NCBI GenBank assembly: GCA_963778655.1
Contig: CAVZVA010000010.1
Coordinates: forward strand, 1,184,001 to 1,248,000
Direction: 5' to 3'
Length of the DNA: 64,000 nt
Source of the DNA: an uncultured delta proteobacterium
GTDB lineage: Bacteria > Myxococcota_A > Polyangia > Polyangiales > JAFGIB01
Positions within the stretch are counted from its first letter, which is position 1; the number at the start of each line of letters is the position of its first letter. The notes under the pieces were generated by a model. The model was not told where the DNA came from. It saw nothing but the letters and a program-made list of their open reading frames with translations, and made no database searches. Shown piece by piece: positions 1-18,512 of the stretch. The position numbers and the translations under genes were made by a program.

Positions 1-1
1 C

Positions 2-136
2 GCCCTGATGGAGGCCCTGGTCAAGGCCAAGCCCTCCACGGCCAAAGGCGTGTACGTCAAGAGCATCACCCTGAGCACGACCATGGGTCCCGGGATCAAA
101 GTCGATCCGGGCTCGGTCGTCGCCGTGGAGGCATGA
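2..136 (+). CDS. rplA: 50S ribosomal protein L1, 3' end (partial)
   Basis: Frame 2 reads [35 protein letters not shown]...*, the typical L1 C-terminus; lies directly upstream of rplJ. Confidence 0.95.
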   Translation, partial: ALMEALVKAKPSTAKGVYVKSITLSTTMGPGIKVDPGSVVAVEA

Positions 137-139
137 GCC

Positions 140-688
140 ATGCGAGCCAGTCAGCTGCCCAAGCAAGAACAGGTCGTGGCCATCCGCGAGCGCTTTTCGC
201 GAGCAACCTCCGCGGTGCTGCTCGGCTTCCGTGGCCTGTCGGTGGCCAAGACCACCGAGCTACGCAACCAGTTCCGCAGCGCGGGCGTCGACTTCAAGGT
301 GGTGAAGAACACCCTGGTCAAGCTCGCGATCAAGGACACCCAGCTCGACACCGACGAGCTCAAGCGCGCGCTGGCCGGCGAGACCGCGATCGCTTGGAGC
401 TACGAGGATCCTTCGGTCGCTGCCAAGGTGGTCAAGGAGTTCCGCAAGGACGAGTTGTTGGCCCAGAAGCTCACGGTGAAGCTGGGCGTTCTGGAGAACG
501 TGGTGATGGCCGGGCCGCGGGTCGAGAGCGAGCTCGCGACCCTGCCCAGCAAGGACGAGGTGCGGGCGATGCTGCTCGCGCAGTTGCTCGCGCCGGCCCA
601 GAAGCTGGTGATGCAGCTGTCGGCGCCGGCCCAGAACCTCGCCTTCGCGCTCGACGCGCGCAGGCGGCAGCTCGAAGGGCGAGAATGA
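140..688 (+). CDS. rplJ: 50S ribosomal protein L10
   Basis: FRGLSV..LR..FKVVKNTL motif; synteny rplA-rplJ-rplL. Confidence 0.96.
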   Translation: MRASQLPKQEQVVAIRERFSRATSAVLLGFRGLSVAKTTELRNQFRSAGVDFKVVKNTLVKLAIKDTQLDTDELKRALAGETAIAWSYEDPSVAAKVVKEFRKDELLAQKLTVKLGVLENVVMAGPRVESELATLPSKDEVRAMLLAQLLAPAQKLVMQLSAPAQNLAFALDARRRQLEGRE

Positions 689-840
689 TCGCCAAGACAG
701 GCGAATGAAACGGCTTATCGCGGCGCTCTGCCGCGGATGTAGCGCGCCCCGTGACAAGGGCAGACCCCACCCGGATCCGATGCCGGTTGGGGCGGGAGGC
801 GAGGGCCTCCCGACAAATGAACACGATTGGAGACGGTTCG
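689..840 (+). promoter_or_regulatory. Structured rplJ-rplL intergenic RNA, possible L10-leader-like element
   Basis: 152-nt spacer with AAGAC (694) and CAGAC (761); pairings TCTGCC/GGCAGA (727-732/759-764) and hairpins 765-792 and 793-812. Confidence 0.4.
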
Positions 841-1224
841 ATGGCAAGCATGACGCAGGAACAGATGATCGAGGAGCTCAGCGCGTGGAGCGTGGCGGAC
901 GTCGCCGGTCTCGTGAAGGCGCTCGAGGACAAGTGGGGAGTCTCGGCGGCTCCCGTGGCCGCCGCCGTGGCGGTTGCGCCGGGCGCGGCTCCGGCAGCCG
1001 CGGTCGAGGAGCAGACCGAGTTCACGGTCGAGCTCACCAGCGCGGGCGACAAGAAGGTGCAGGTCATCAAGGTGGTCCGCGAGGTCACCAGCCTCGGCCT
1101 GGCCGACGCCAAGAAGCTGGTCGAGGAAGCGCCCAAGGCCGTCAAGGAAGGCGTGCCCAAGGCGGAGGCCGACGAGATCAAGAAGAAGCTCGAGGAGGCT
1201 GGCGCTCAGGTGACCCTCAAGTAG
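841..1224 (+). CDS. rplL: 50S ribosomal protein L7/L12
   Basis: [39 protein letters not shown] motifs; GGAG RBS upstream of ATG 841 (track start at 751 is too long). Confidence 0.97.
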   Translation: MASMTQEQMIEELSAWSVADVAGLVKALEDKWGVSAAPVAAAVAVAPGAAPAAAVEEQTEFTVELTSAGDKKVQVIKVVREVTSLGLADAKKLVEEAPKAVKEGVPKAEADEIKKKLEEAGAQVTLK

Positions 1225-1463
1225 TGCTTTGCGCGTTCGCGATATCGGACCGTCTTCGCTATGGCCAAAGGGTCGTGGCGGGGGGCAGGTCCGTCCCGTC
1301 GGGTCGAGGCTTTCCGCAATCTTCCCGTCGGGCCCGCTCGGTCGTCGCGGCTCGGGCCCCTGAAGGGGTCCGGTCCAACGGTGGTCGCGCTTCTCTCCGC
1401 TTGCTTTGGACCGGCGGCAACCGGTTCTCGTTCTAGACACAGTCAACGGCAGGAGCCCCAGGC

Positions 1464-5615
<4,152 letters not shown>

Positions 5616-5618
5616 GCC

Positions 5619-9800
<4,182 letters not shown>

Positions 9801-9933
9801 GCGCTGGGCTCGGCGCGCGTGCCGCGCTCGGGACGCCGTGGAGCGTCCTCGGGCCGGGCGCGCGGGCGCCGCGTCCGACGTTGTGCGCGCGCTCGCTTGA
9901 CCGGCGCGGTCGCGGCGCGTTTGATCACGCGCG

Positions 9934-12277
9934 GTGAGCGCAGCCGAGACAGACCCGAGCTCCCCCGCGCGCCGCTGTCAGCGGGCAGCGCTGGCGGTGG
10001 TGGCGCTGGGGACGGCCTGCGCCATCCTCGCGACCTACAACGTCCAGTACCCGATCGCGCAGTGGCTGTTGTTGCGTGTCGCGGGCTACTGGGCGCTCAC
10101 GCTGTGCTGGGGCGTCGGCTGCCTGGCCGCGGGCGTCCAGCTCTTGGCGTGGGTCGCGCCGCCGCACTATCGCGTGGCGGAGCGCGTGTTCATAGGCTTC
10201 GCGCTGGGCGTGCTCGCGTTCGCGCTCGCAGTCTTCGGCTGTGGCCTGTTGGGCGGGCTCAACCTGGCCTTCTTCGTGCTCGCACCGCTTGTCTTCCTGC
10301 TCGCCGGCCTGCCCGAGCTGAAACGCCTGGCGCGCCGCTGGCGCGCGCTGTTGCCGCCCGCGGGCTGGAGGCCCGGCACGCTCGAGCTTGCGGCGCTGGT
10401 GTTCGGCGCGGTCGGCATGATGGCGGTCTATCTGCCGATCCTGACCCCGCACAACGTGCAGCACGACGCGCGCTGGTACCACCTCACGCTGGCGCAGCAA
10501 TACGCCTCGAGCGGCCGTGTCGCGCCCTTTGCCGAGGGCTGGTTCCTGGCCGCGTACCCCCACCTCGCGAGCCTGCTCTACGCGTGGGCGATGCTGCTGC
10601 CCGCGGGCATCGTGCACCGGATCGAGCTGTGCGCGCACCTGGAGCTGCTGGTGTTCGCGATGACGGTCGCGGCCACGCCCACGCTGCTACGGCGCGTGCT
10701 GCCCGGCGTGCGGCTGCCGCTTTCGTGGGCGGCCTTTTTTCTGTTTCCGGGCTTTCTGGTCTACGACTCCAACCTGTCGCTCGGGGCCGATCACATCGCG
10801 GCGGTGTTTGCCCCGGCCGGCTTGCTGGTGCTGTACGCGGCGCTCGGCACGCTGCGGCCGCGCCACTGCGCGCTGCTCGGTGCGCTGGCCGCGGGCGCGG
10901 CGCTCACCAAGTACTCCGCGCTGTGCGTCGCCGTGCCCTTGCTCGGCTTCGTGACGCTGCGCGCGGCCACGCGCCTGCGCGGCAAGCGTCGTTCGCGCCG
11001 CGCCTGGCTTGCGCCGCTGTCGCTGTGCGCGGCGTTCTTGCTCTTGTGGGCGCCGCACTGGCTCAAGAACTGGGTCTGGTACGGCGACCCGTTCTACCCG
11101 ATCTTGCACGCCTACCTGCCCGCTCATCCGTGGAGCCCGGAAGCGAGCGTGTACTTCAACCGGTTCGTGCAGCAGGCCGTGCTGCAACCCGCGCGCAGCC
11201 TCGCGGGCGTTCTGGAATCGCTGCGCGTGGCGCTGACGCTCGGCTTCCAGGTGCACGAGTACCTGTTCCACGGCTATATTCCGACCTTCGGCTTCCTGTT
11301 TGCCGCCACGCTCTACTGTCTGCCCTTCGTCGGCCCCGGCCGTCGCCTTCTGCTGCTCTACGGGCTCGGGCTGAGCGCAGCCCTGGTGTGGTACTGGACC
11401 AACCACCGCGATCGCTACCTGCAGGCGTGCCTACCCTGGTTGGTGGTCGCCGCGCTGGCCACCCTGGTGCTGGCCTGGCGCAAGCGCGGACTGGCAGGCC
11501 GCTTTGCGGCCGGCGCGCTGGTCGGCGCCCAGCTGCTGTGCGGGGCCGGCGCCCGCTTCATTCCCTCGTACACCATGATCCCCGGCCTGCATCCGCTGCC
11601 GCACGTCGTCAACATGATCGGCGCCGGCTACTTCAAGCGCTATGCCACGCGCTTTCAGCCCTATGAGGAGTGGGGCTTCAGCGCCTGGACCGCGGTCGGC
11701 GCCTTGCTGCCGCCGCACGCCAAGGTGCTGGTACACGAAGATCGCCTGTGGCTCGGGCTCGACGCGCCGGTGGTGACCGACGAAGCGGCGTGGCAAGGGG
11801 GCATCCACTACAGCCACTACACCAGCGCTGCTCAGCTCTATGACCTGCTCCACGGTTTGGGCGTCACCCACATCGTGACCGGCCAGAGTCACGAGGACAG
11901 CGGCGAGCAGGGCGTGGCCGGGCACCTCGTGTTCTGGGACTTTCTGTTCGCGCACTGCCGGCAGCTCGGTACGCGGGGCAAGCTCACGTTGTGGCAGATG
12001 CCACCCCGGCGTCCGCCCGCGCGCCCGCTGGGTTTGGTGCTGGTGGCGAGCTGCAGCTACGGCGTGCCCGGCGGCCTCTATGCGTTCGACCAGATCGGCC
12101 ACACCAAGCCGCGCGTGGCGCTGCCTGCGCCGCGACAGAATCGGCCGCGAAGCATTTGTGCAGGCCGATCTGGCTGCGCTCGAAGCGGGCTGCGGCTACA
12201 CCCTGACGCCTGACGCGCTCGCGGGCTTCACCATCATGACGCAGCGCGGCCGGCTCGGCTTGTGGCGCCGCCGCTAA
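9934..12277 (+). CDS. Polytopic membrane protein, probable GT-C fold glycosyltransferase (ArnT/PMT-like); C-terminus probably frameshifted near 12140
   Basis: Many TM segments; D..WYHL loop, ALTKY, W..KNW...GDPFYP and RYL motifs typical of GT-C-like membrane proteins. Main ORF ends at 12213; a codon-biased continuation in another frame ends at 12277. Confidence 0.6.
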
Positions 12278-12280
12278 AAT

Positions 12281-13636
12281 CTAGCGCCTGCGCCGCGGGC
12301 GGATGATTTCGAGCACCAGCGGCCGGCGTGGCGGCGGCTTGGGCCCGATTCTGTAGGCCGCGAGCAGCGCGGCGCGAGCCGCGGCCAGCTGCGCCCCGCG
12401 CCGCAGGTGCAGCTCTGCCAAGGGCTCGCCGCGCCTGACCCGCTCGCCTGGCTTCTTGTGCAGCACCACGCCCACCGCTGGATCGATCGGCTGGTCGGCG
12501 CGCGTGCGTCCCGCGCCCAGGCGCAGCGCGACCTCGGCCACCGCCCGCGCATCGAGGTCGCGCACGAAGCCGCCGCGCGCGGCCTCGAGCCGTGCCACGC
12601 GCTCGGCCCGCGGCAGGCGATCAGGCTCGCTCACCACGCGCGGGTCGCCGCCTTGGGCGCGCACCAGCGCCTCCATCTTGGCGCACGCCGCGCCGCTGCG
12701 AATGGCGGCCTGCAGGCGCCGCTCGGCCGCGAGCGGGCTGCGCTCGAGGCCGCCGGCCAGCAGCATCTGCACGCCCAGCACCTGCGTGCACTCGAGCAGA
12801 TCGTCGGGGCCGGCGCCGCGCAGCAGCGCGAACGCTTCCGCCGTCTCGAGCGCGTTGCCCACGGCCCGCCCGAGCGGGCTGTCCATGCGCGTGAGCACCG
12901 CGGTGGTCGGCAGGCCCGCGGCCGCACCCACGCGCACGATCGAGCGCGCCAGCGCGCGCGCCTGGGGCAGAGCGCGCATGAACGCGCCCCGACCGACCTT
13001 GACGTCGAGCACCAGCGCGTCGAGATCCTCGCACAGCTTCTTCGAGAGGATGCTGGCGGTGATCAGCGGGATCGACTCGACCGTCGCGGTGACGTCGCGC
13101 AGCGCGTACAGCCTGCGGTCGGCAGGCGCGAGATCGGCGGTCTGGCCACCCAGCGCGAAGCCGTGAGCGATTACCAGCTGCTCGAAGCGCCGCAGCGAGA
13201 GCTGGACCCGAAAGCCCGGTATGGCCTCCAGCTTGTCGAGCGTGCCGCCGGTGTGGCCGAGACCGCGGCCGCTGATCATCGGCACCCGCAGCCCGCAGGC
13301 GGCCGCGATGGGCGCCAGGCAAATCGACACCTTGTCGCCCACCCCGCCGGTCGAGTGCTTGTCGACCTTGGGCCCGCCGGCGCGCCGCAGGCTCGCCCTG
13401 CGTCCGCTGTCGCGCATCGCCAGCGTGAGCGCCGCCGTCTCGGCCGGCGTCATCCCGCGCAGGAACACCGCCATCGCGAACGCGCTCATCTGGTAGTCGG
13501 CGACGCGGCCGGCGGTGAAGCCCTCGATCAGCCAGGCGATCGCGGCGCTCGGCAGCACGCCGCCGTCGCGCTTGCGCGCGATCAACGCGGGCGCAGTGTA
13601 GGGCGCGGCAGCTTCGGCGGTCGGCTTGCGCGTCAT
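12281..13636 (-). CDS. pdp: Thymidine / pyrimidine-nucleoside phosphorylase
   Basis: DKHSTGGVGDK, SGRGLGHTGGTLDKLE, LITASILSKK motifs; ATG overlaps the rnr stop (ATGA). Confidence 0.93.
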   Translation of the reverse strand: MTRKPTAEAAAPYTAPALIARKRDGGVLPSAAIAWLIEGFTAGRVADYQMSAFAMAVFLRGMTPAETAALTLAMRDSGRRASLRRAGGPKVDKHSTGGVGDKVSICLAPIAAACGLRVPMISGRGLGHTGGTLDKLEAIPGFRVQLSLRRFEQLVIAHGFALGGQTADLAPADRRLYALRDVTATVESIPLITASILSKKLCEDLDALVLDVKVGRGAFMRALPQARALARSIVRVGAAAGLPTTAVLTRMDSPLGRAVGNALETAEAFALLRGAGPDDLLECTQVLGVQMLLAGGLERSPLAAERRLQAAIRSGAACAKMEALVRAQGGDPRVVSEPDRLPRAERVARLEAARGGFVRDLDARAVAEVALRLGAGRTRADQPIDPAVGVVLHKKPGERVRRGEPLAELHLRRGAQLAAARAALLAAYRIGPKPPPRRPLVLEIIRPRRRR

Positions 13637-16011
13637 CGCCGCTTCTTGCGCCGCCCGTCCTCGCGTCCGCGCGCCGGCTTGGGCGTGCTCGAACGCCGGC
13701 CTCGCGCCGCGCCCGGCTGAGGCCGCCCGCTCGCGCGCGCACCGCCGCCGCGCTTGCCCGGCTCCGGCCCGGGGGGCGCCACCGAGGGCACCTCCGCCGG
13801 CACCGCCAGCACCTTGCGCTGCGCGACCGACACGTCTTCGATCCGCAGCCGCACCCGATCGCCGAGCGCGTAGACCCGGCCGCCCAGCGCGCCGCGCAGG
13901 CGCACGCCGTGGGCGTCCAGCTCGTAGCGGTCGCGCGGCAGCGCCGCGGCGCGGCACAGCACATCCACGAACGGCGCATCCAGCGTGGCGTAAAAGCCGT
14001 GCTCGCTCACGCCGCTGATGGTGGCGTCGAAGGTCTCGCCCACCTGGTCGCGCAGCAGGTACGCACCGTACAGGTCGACCACCTCGCGCTCGATCGCCAT
14101 CGATCGCCGCTCGCGCTGGCTCGACTGCAGCGCCTGCATGCGCAGGCGCTCGGTCAAGCCGCGGGTGTTGACGCGCTCGCCGCGCGCCAGTTTGCGCACG
14201 ATGCGGTGCACCGCCAGATCGGGATAGCGGCGGATCGGCGAGGTGAAGTGCGTGTAGTGTTCCGCGGCCAGCCCGAAATGGCCAATGTTCACCGTGTCAT
14301 AGGTCGCCTGCTGCATCGCGCGCAGCAGCAGGTAGCCGAGCGCGGTGGCGTGCGGGGTGCCCTGCACGCGCATCAGGAAGTGCGCCAGCTTCTGGGGCTT
14401 CTCGGCCACGTCCGCGCTGAGCTCGAAGCCGAGTGCCTGCGCCAGCGCACAGAAGGTCTCGATCCGCTCGGGGTCGGGCGCGCCGTGGACGCGGTAGATC
14501 GCCGGCAGCCCGCGGTCGCTGAGCTCGGCCGCGACCACCTCGTTGGCCAGCAGCATCATCTCTTCGATCATGTTGTAGGCGCGCGCCACGCCGGGATCGC
14601 GGCGCGAGCGCTCCACGTCGGTCGGCTGGCCGGTCTCGTCGTCCACCCGCACCTTGGCTTCCGGCAGCTCGAACTCGAGCGAGCCGCGCATCCGCCGCAG
14701 CTCGCGCCGCAGCTTGGCCACCTCGAGCAGCACGCTGAGCTCGGCCAGATGCGCTTCGGCCTCGGCCTGGGCAGGGCCGTGCACGGTCAGGCCCAGCGCG
14801 TGCGCCACCGCCTCGTAGGTCAGGTTGGCCGCCGAGCGCATCACACCCTCGATCAGCCGGTGCCCGCGTTCCATGCCGCGGCCGTCCAGCTCGATCTCGA
14901 CCGCGAGCGTGAGCCGGTCGCGCTTGGGCAGCAGCGAGGCCAGGTTGCTCGACAGCTCCGGCGGCAGCATGGGGATGGCCCGCGTGGGCAGATAGATAGT
15001 GCAGCCGCGCTCCAGCGCCGCCCGGTCGAGCGCGCTGTCCTCCGGGACGTAGTGCGAGACATCGGCGATCGCCACCAGCACCCGGTAGCCGCCCCCCGGC
15101 AGCCGCTCGGCCCAGACCGCGTCGTCGTGATCGCGTGCGTCCGCCGGATCGATGGTCAGCAGCGGGATCGCGCGCAGGTCCTCGCGGCCGCGCCGGTCGC
15201 GCGCGGTGATGGCGTGGGGCAGCGCTGCTGCCTCGGCCTGCACGTCGGCGGCGTGCGCGTCCTCGACACCCTCGCGCAGCAAGATCCGCCGAATCTCGTA
15301 CTGCACGAACGCCTCGGGCTCGAAGGTCTCGACGATCTTGACCAGCAGCGGCTCGCCCTCGCGCTCGGGAAAGCCGATCACCTGCGCGATCGCGCCCATG
15401 CCCGTGCGCGCCTGCTCCGGGAGCTTGCCCTTGATCTGGATCGGCATGCGCATCCGCTCGTCGTCGGGCTGCAGGCTCGCGCCCTGCGCTGAGAGGTGAA
15501 GCTGGCCGCCTATGTAGCGCACCGCCCGCTCCAGCACCGCGACCACCCGGCCGTCGAGCCCCTTGGGGCTCGGCTTGGCGCGCACCCGCACGCGGTCGCC
15601 GTGCATCGCCGAGCCGAGGTAGCCCGGGGGCACGAACACATCGGGCCCGGGCTCTGCCGTGACCACGAAGCCGAAGCCGCGCGCGTTGAGCGTGAGCACG
15701 CCCTCGAGCTCACCGCCGCGCGTGCGACGCCGCGGGCTGGCCTCTCCGCCGCCGGCTGCCGGCGCTGCCGCGCCGGCCCGCGTCCGGGGGGTGGCGGGCT
15801 GCGCGCGGTAGCGGTCGCCCGGGAGCTTGGTCAGCATGCCGAGCGCCGCCAGCCGCTCCAGCAGCTGCAGCACCTGGGCGTGGTGCGTGCGGTCGAGCCC
15901 GGCCCGACCGCGGATCTCGGAGGCATGCAGCGCGCGCGTGCTGCGCTTGCGCAGAGTGGCCAAGATGCGGGCTTCGAGCTTCGAATCCGCGTGGCTTTCG
16001 CGTGGCTTCAT
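13633..16011 (-). CDS. rnr: Ribonuclease R (RNB family)
   Basis: Cold-shock domains (GFGFV), TIDPADARDHDDA, YTHFTSPIRRYPDL, S1 domain, basic C-terminal tail. Confidence 0.93.
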   Translation of the reverse strand: MKPRESHADSKLEARILATLRKRSTRALHASEIRGRAGLDRTHHAQVLQLLERLAALGMLTKLPGDRYRAQPATPRTRAGAAAPAAGGGEASPRRRTRGGELEGVLTLNARGFGFVVTAEPGPDVFVPPGYLGSAMHGDRVRVRAKPSPKGLDGRVVAVLERAVRYIGGQLHLSAQGASLQPDDERMRMPIQIKGKLPEQARTGMGAIAQVIGFPEREGEPLLVKIVETFEPEAFVQYEIRRILLREGVEDAHAADVQAEAAALPHAITARDRRGREDLRAIPLLTIDPADARDHDDAVWAERLPGGGYRVLVAIADVSHYVPEDSALDRAALERGCTIYLPTRAIPMLPPELSSNLASLLPKRDRLTLAVEIELDGRGMERGHRLIEGVMRSAANLTYEAVAHALGLTVHGPAQAEAEAHLAELSVLLEVAKLRRELRRMRGSLEFELPEAKVRVDDETGQPTDVERSRRDPGVARAYNMIEEMMLLANEVVAAELSDRGLPAIYRVHGAPDPERIETFCALAQALGFELSADVAEKPQKLAHFLMRVQGTPHATALGYLLLRAMQQATYDTVNIGHFGLAAEHYTHFTSPIRRYPDLAVHRIVRKLARGERVNTRGLTERLRMQALQSSQRERRSMAIEREVVDLYGAYLLRDQVGETFDATISGVSEHGFYATLDAPFVDVLCRAAALPRDRYELDAHGVRLRGALGGRVYALGDRVRLRIEDVSVAQRKVLAVPAEVPSVAPPGPEPGKRGGGARASGRPQPGAARGRRSSTPKPARGREDGRRKKRR

Positions 16012-16155
16012 CAGGGTTGCTGCGGGCGGCCCGCGCCGGCCGCGCGGCCTGCGCGGCGGCGCTCTTCGCGCGTCGCGGCTCTGTCTGCGCCCGCAGCATA
16101 CAGCCAACTGCGGCCCGCGTCTGCCGCGCGTGTCATCGTCACGGCACGGACGTGC

Positions 16156-18327
16156 TCAGGCGCCGGAGCTCGGCAGCAGCGGTTCGAGCTCGCACGCCGG
16201 CAGCGGGCGACCGAACAGAAAGCCCTGGGCCTGGTCGCAGCCGAGCGCGCACAGCGCGGCGTTCTGGCGCTCGTTTTCGACGCCTTCGGCGACCACTTCG
16301 AGCTTGAGGCTGTGCGCCATCGCGACGATCGCGGCGACGACGTCGCCGCCATCCCGATCGTCGTCCAGTCCCTGAACCAGCGAGCGGTCGATCTTGACCG
16401 AGGCGCAGCCCAGCCGCCGCAGCTGCCTGACCGAGCAGTAGCCGGTGCCGAAGTCGTCGATCGACAGCGACGCTCCGGTCGACCTGATCTCCTCGAGCAC
16501 CCCGCTCAGGCGCCCGGATGCGTCGATCAACAAGCCCTCGTCGATCTCCAGCTTCAAGTGTCCGGGATCGAAACCGGTGTCGCGCAGCACGCGGGCGATC
16601 TGCTCTCCCAGCCCCTGCTGCCCGAGCTGGATCGCGGAAAGATTGACCGCGAGATCCAACGCCGGGGCGCCGGCCGCCCGCCACGCCTGCATCTGCGCGC
16701 ACGCGGTCTGCAACACCCAGGCCCCCAACGCCGCGATCAGCCCCGCTTGCTCGGCCAGCGGTACGAAGGCGGCAGGCGGCAGCAGGCCGCGGGTCGCGTG
16801 CGGCCAGCGCACCAGGGCCTCCCAGCCGACCGGGCGCCCGCCCTCGAGCGCGACGATCGGCTGGTAGTGGAGCACGAGCTCGTTCTGGGCCAGGGCGCGC
16901 TGCAAGTCGCGCTCGAGATCGAGCAACTCGAGCGAGGCGGCGCGCATCGTGGCATCGAAAGTCACGCAGCGGCCCGGCCCGAGCGCCTTGGCGCGGTACA
17001 TCGCGGCGTCGGCGTCGCGCAACAGCGCGTCCACGTTCTCGCCTGCGCCCGTGCCCAGCGCGACGCCGATGCTGGTGGTGGCGGCGAGCTCGCGCCCGTC
17101 GACCACGAACGCGCCCGCCATGCTGCCGAGGATTCGCTCCGCCACTTGAGTGGCGTGCTCGCGGGCGCCCAGGTGCTCGAGCAGAATCGCGAACTCGTCG
17201 CCGCCGAAGCGCGCCATGGTGTCGCCGGGGCGGATCACGCGCTCGAGCCTGCGGGCGAAGGCGCACAGCAGCTTGTCGCCGGTCTCGTGACCGAGCGAGT
17301 CGTTGACCCGCTTGAAGCCGTCGACGTCGAGAAACAGCAGGGCGAATAGCGAGCCGCCCTGGCGCTCCCTGGCGCGGATCGCCTTGGCCAAGCGGTCCTC
17401 GAACAGCGCGCGGTTGGGCAGCGAGGTCAGACGGTCGTAATAAGCGTCGCGCAGCAACGCCTGTTCGGCGAGCTTGCGCGCGTCGATGTCGGTGGCCGTG
17501 CCGAACCAGCGGACGATGCGCCCGCTTTCGTCCCGCACCGGCAGCGCGCGGCATAGATGCCAGCGATACCCACCACTGCGGTCCGCGAAACGGCATTCGA
17601 CCTCGAACACGGAGCCCGAGCCGACCGCCGCGTGGTAGCGACTCATCGTCTCGTCGACGTCATCCGGATGCAGCATCGAGCGCCACTCGCCGACGCCCAC
17701 CGCACGGCCCACGCTCGCAGCGAAGTCGTACCAGCGCTGGTTGAAGTAGTCGATGGTGCCATCGGCGCGCGCGGCCCACACGATTTGCGGCAGCGCGTCT
17801 GCGAGCCGGCTGAGCTGCTCGGCGCTCGCCCGCACCGCTTGCCCGGCGTCGCGCCGCGCCTTGCGCTGCGCGGCTTCGTCGAGCGCGCGCTCAACCGCGG
17901 AAGGCAGTCGCGATAGGTGATCCTTGAGCACGTAGTCCGTGGCACCAGCGCGTAGCATCTCGACCGCGCGTTCTTCGCCGATCGTTCCCGAGACCACGAT
18001 GAAGGGGATCTCGGCGCTGCTGGCGCGCAGCAGCGACAGCGCCCTGCCGCTGTCGAACAGCGGCAGGCTGCTATCGGACAGCACCAGATCAGGACGCATC
18101 TCGTCCAGCGCGCCCACGAACGCGGGCTCGCTTTGCACGCGTTCGAGCGTGAAGCGCAGCCCCGCGCGGGTAAGCTCGCGTGCGATCAACAGCGCGTCAT
18201 CGCTGTTGTCCTCGAGGTGGAGGATGCGGATCGGAGCGCCCGAACCGGCGAGCGCATGCGTGTCCGAGCTTGTGACCTGCGGTGCAAGCAGCTCGAAAGC
18301 AGGCTGGGCCGGGACTGGATTCGTCAT
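16156..18327 (-). CDS. REC-PAS-GGDEF-EAL c-di-GMP metabolism protein
   Basis: ILHLEDN..D receiver domain, PAS (LPQIVW, HPDD), GGDEF, EALVRW, DDFGTGY, AEGVE; start uncertain (18327 or downstream). Confidence 0.92.
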   Translation of the reverse strand: MTNPVPAQPAFELLAPQVTSSDTHALAGSGAPIRILHLEDNSDDALLIARELTRAGLRFTLERVQSEPAFVGALDEMRPDLVLSDSSLPLFDSGRALSLLRASSAEIPFIVVSGTIGEERAVEMLRAGATDYVLKDHLSRLPSAVERALDEAAQRKARRDAGQAVRASAEQLSRLADALPQIVWAARADGTIDYFNQRWYDFAASVGRAVGVGEWRSMLHPDDVDETMSRYHAAVGSGSVFEVECRFADRSGGYRWHLCRALPVRDESGRIVRWFGTATDIDARKLAEQALLRDAYYDRLTSLPNRALFEDRLAKAIRARERQGGSLFALLFLDVDGFKRVNDSLGHETGDKLLCAFARRLERVIRPGDTMARFGGDEFAILLEHLGAREHATQVAERILGSMAGAFVVDGRELAATTSIGVALGTGAGENVDALLRDADAAMYRAKALGPGRCVTFDATMRAASLELLDLERDLQRALAQNELVLHYQPIVALEGGRPVGWEALVRWPHATRGLLPPAAFVPLAEQAGLIAALGAWVLQTACAQMQAWRAAGAPALDLAVNLSAIQLGQQGLGEQIARVLRDTGFDPGHLKLEIDEGLLIDASGRLSGVLEEIRSTGASLSIDDFGTGYCSVRQLRRLGCASVKIDRSLVQGLDDDRDGGDVVAAIVAMAHSLKLEVVAEGVENERQNAALCALGCDQAQGFLFGRPLPACELEPLLPSSGA

Positions 18328-18356
18328 CTTCTCCACAAAGCTCGCCGAGTTGGACA

Positions 18357-18366
18357 ATGTTAACAT
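18357..18366. promoter_or_regulatory. Perfect palindrome ATGTTAACAT in an AT-rich divergent promoter region, putative operator
   Basis: 10-bp palindrome in an AT-rich island between divergent genes in a very GC-rich genome. Confidence 0.35.
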
Positions 18367-18512
18367 AATAGTTTGTTTCAAGTGTCACAGCGGATGATTG
18401 CAACGGAGAGTTTCGTCCAGATGGAACTGCCAGCAGGTGCTGTGGCCCGGGTTTCCCTGTGGATAGCTAGCCAACCTAGGCCATACCTTGGCTGCGACCG
18501 CGGTGCCGGCGG

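Noticed and set aside
18356..18385. TTAACATAAT resembling the XerD arm of a dif site
   Set aside because: No matching XerC arm at the 6-bp spacing, and the location near rpoBC is atypical; better explained as a palindrome
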